Source: Chiloscyllium plagiosum
Lineage: Eukaryota
DNA: 35,323 bases
NCBI RefSeq assembly: GCF_004010195.1
Contig: NC_057759.1
Location: forward strand, 3,462,376-3,497,698
Direction: 5' to 3'
Program-made: the position numbers and the translations under genes
Notes under the pieces: model-generated
Databases searched by the model: none
The model's input: the letters and a program-made list of their open reading frames with translations, nothing else
Told to the model about the DNA's origin: nothing
In this document: positions 34,571-35,323 of the stretch, piece after piece
Layout: every line of letters begins with the position of its first letter
Numbering within the stretch: position 1 is the stretch's first letter

Positions 34571-35323
34571 ACCAATGATGTGTAATTGAGATTGTGGGAA
34601 ACAGATCAACACTAGCACTATAGTTATTAAAAATCATATGTCTGCAGAACTGATGTCAAATTGTCCTTCCCATATAGACACTGACAATGAGTGGATGAAG
34701 TTCACATTCTCAACAGTTACTGCAGAACTAATGCATAACAGAATGCCCCAGTAGAGGCACAATGGGCTGAATGATCTGCTTCTGAACTGTGCCATATCAG
34801 TGATTCTGATTTTGGTGAGAAAGGTGCTGTTGTGTTGCATATTGATATTAAAATATCATACAAAAATAGACTGACATGCAGAATAAAACTCATTTTCACA
34901 AACAAAAACACCAACAATGCCTGGTTACAAATTAAAACTAAATGTCTTGGTGATACCACAGATCCCAGACTCTCTCCCCAAACAAGAAATGTGTGACCAT
35001 AATTCGGAATGGTTCTCAAGAGTAAAGCAGTTTCCCTTCTGCCATCACCTTATCTCCTCTCTTCCCCATTCACCGCCACAGATTGACAGTCAACTCAGAA
35101 AACACAAAATACAGAAAAGGTTAAGATCCAGTCTCAACACCCTAACAACAACTATCACAGAATGTATTGCACAGACACAGAATATTGCTAGCGTCCACTT
35201 TAATACACAAGAGTAGACACTGACAAGTACAGGCTGATAATTACACACTCATTCATGTTGCAGAAACAAACAAATGATGACGACACTGTTACTGCGACGC
35301 AAATGTGTGACTAACAGTCTCCA

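Noticed and set aside
34634..35019. Hydrophobic minus-strand ORFs resembling a membrane or signal peptide
   Set aside because: No family motif and no clear splice structure; T-rich sequence gives hydrophobic translations by chance.

Overview
Repeat-rich vertebrate genomic DNA, most likely from a shark (inferred from five tRNA-derived HE1-type SINEs plus CR1 LINEs and Penelope-like elements, PLEs). No intact host gene is present. Main contents: (1) seven minus-strand, splice-bounded segments (10652 down to 106) that are colinear with the AAA6-lid/C-terminal region of an axonemal dynein heavy chain but carry stops, i.e. a candidate decayed dynein gene; (2) a decayed PLE with an inverted 5' copy, plus short fold-back PLE derivatives of two families with minimal hammerhead ribozyme cores; (3) an old near-full-length CR1 (about 15.8-20.5 kb) and a young CR1 5' end whose ORF1 appears to need splicing to get an ATG; (4) an endogenous retrovirus remnant on the minus strand (integrase tail, gamma-type env, PPT, 3' LTR); (5) several local templated duplications, minisatellites, a 3.1 kb low-complexity tract, and a 1.2 kb duplication across an assembly gap that is probably two haplotypes. 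All protein comparisons were made by eye against remembered family motifs, not by database search, and repeat boundaries are approximate.
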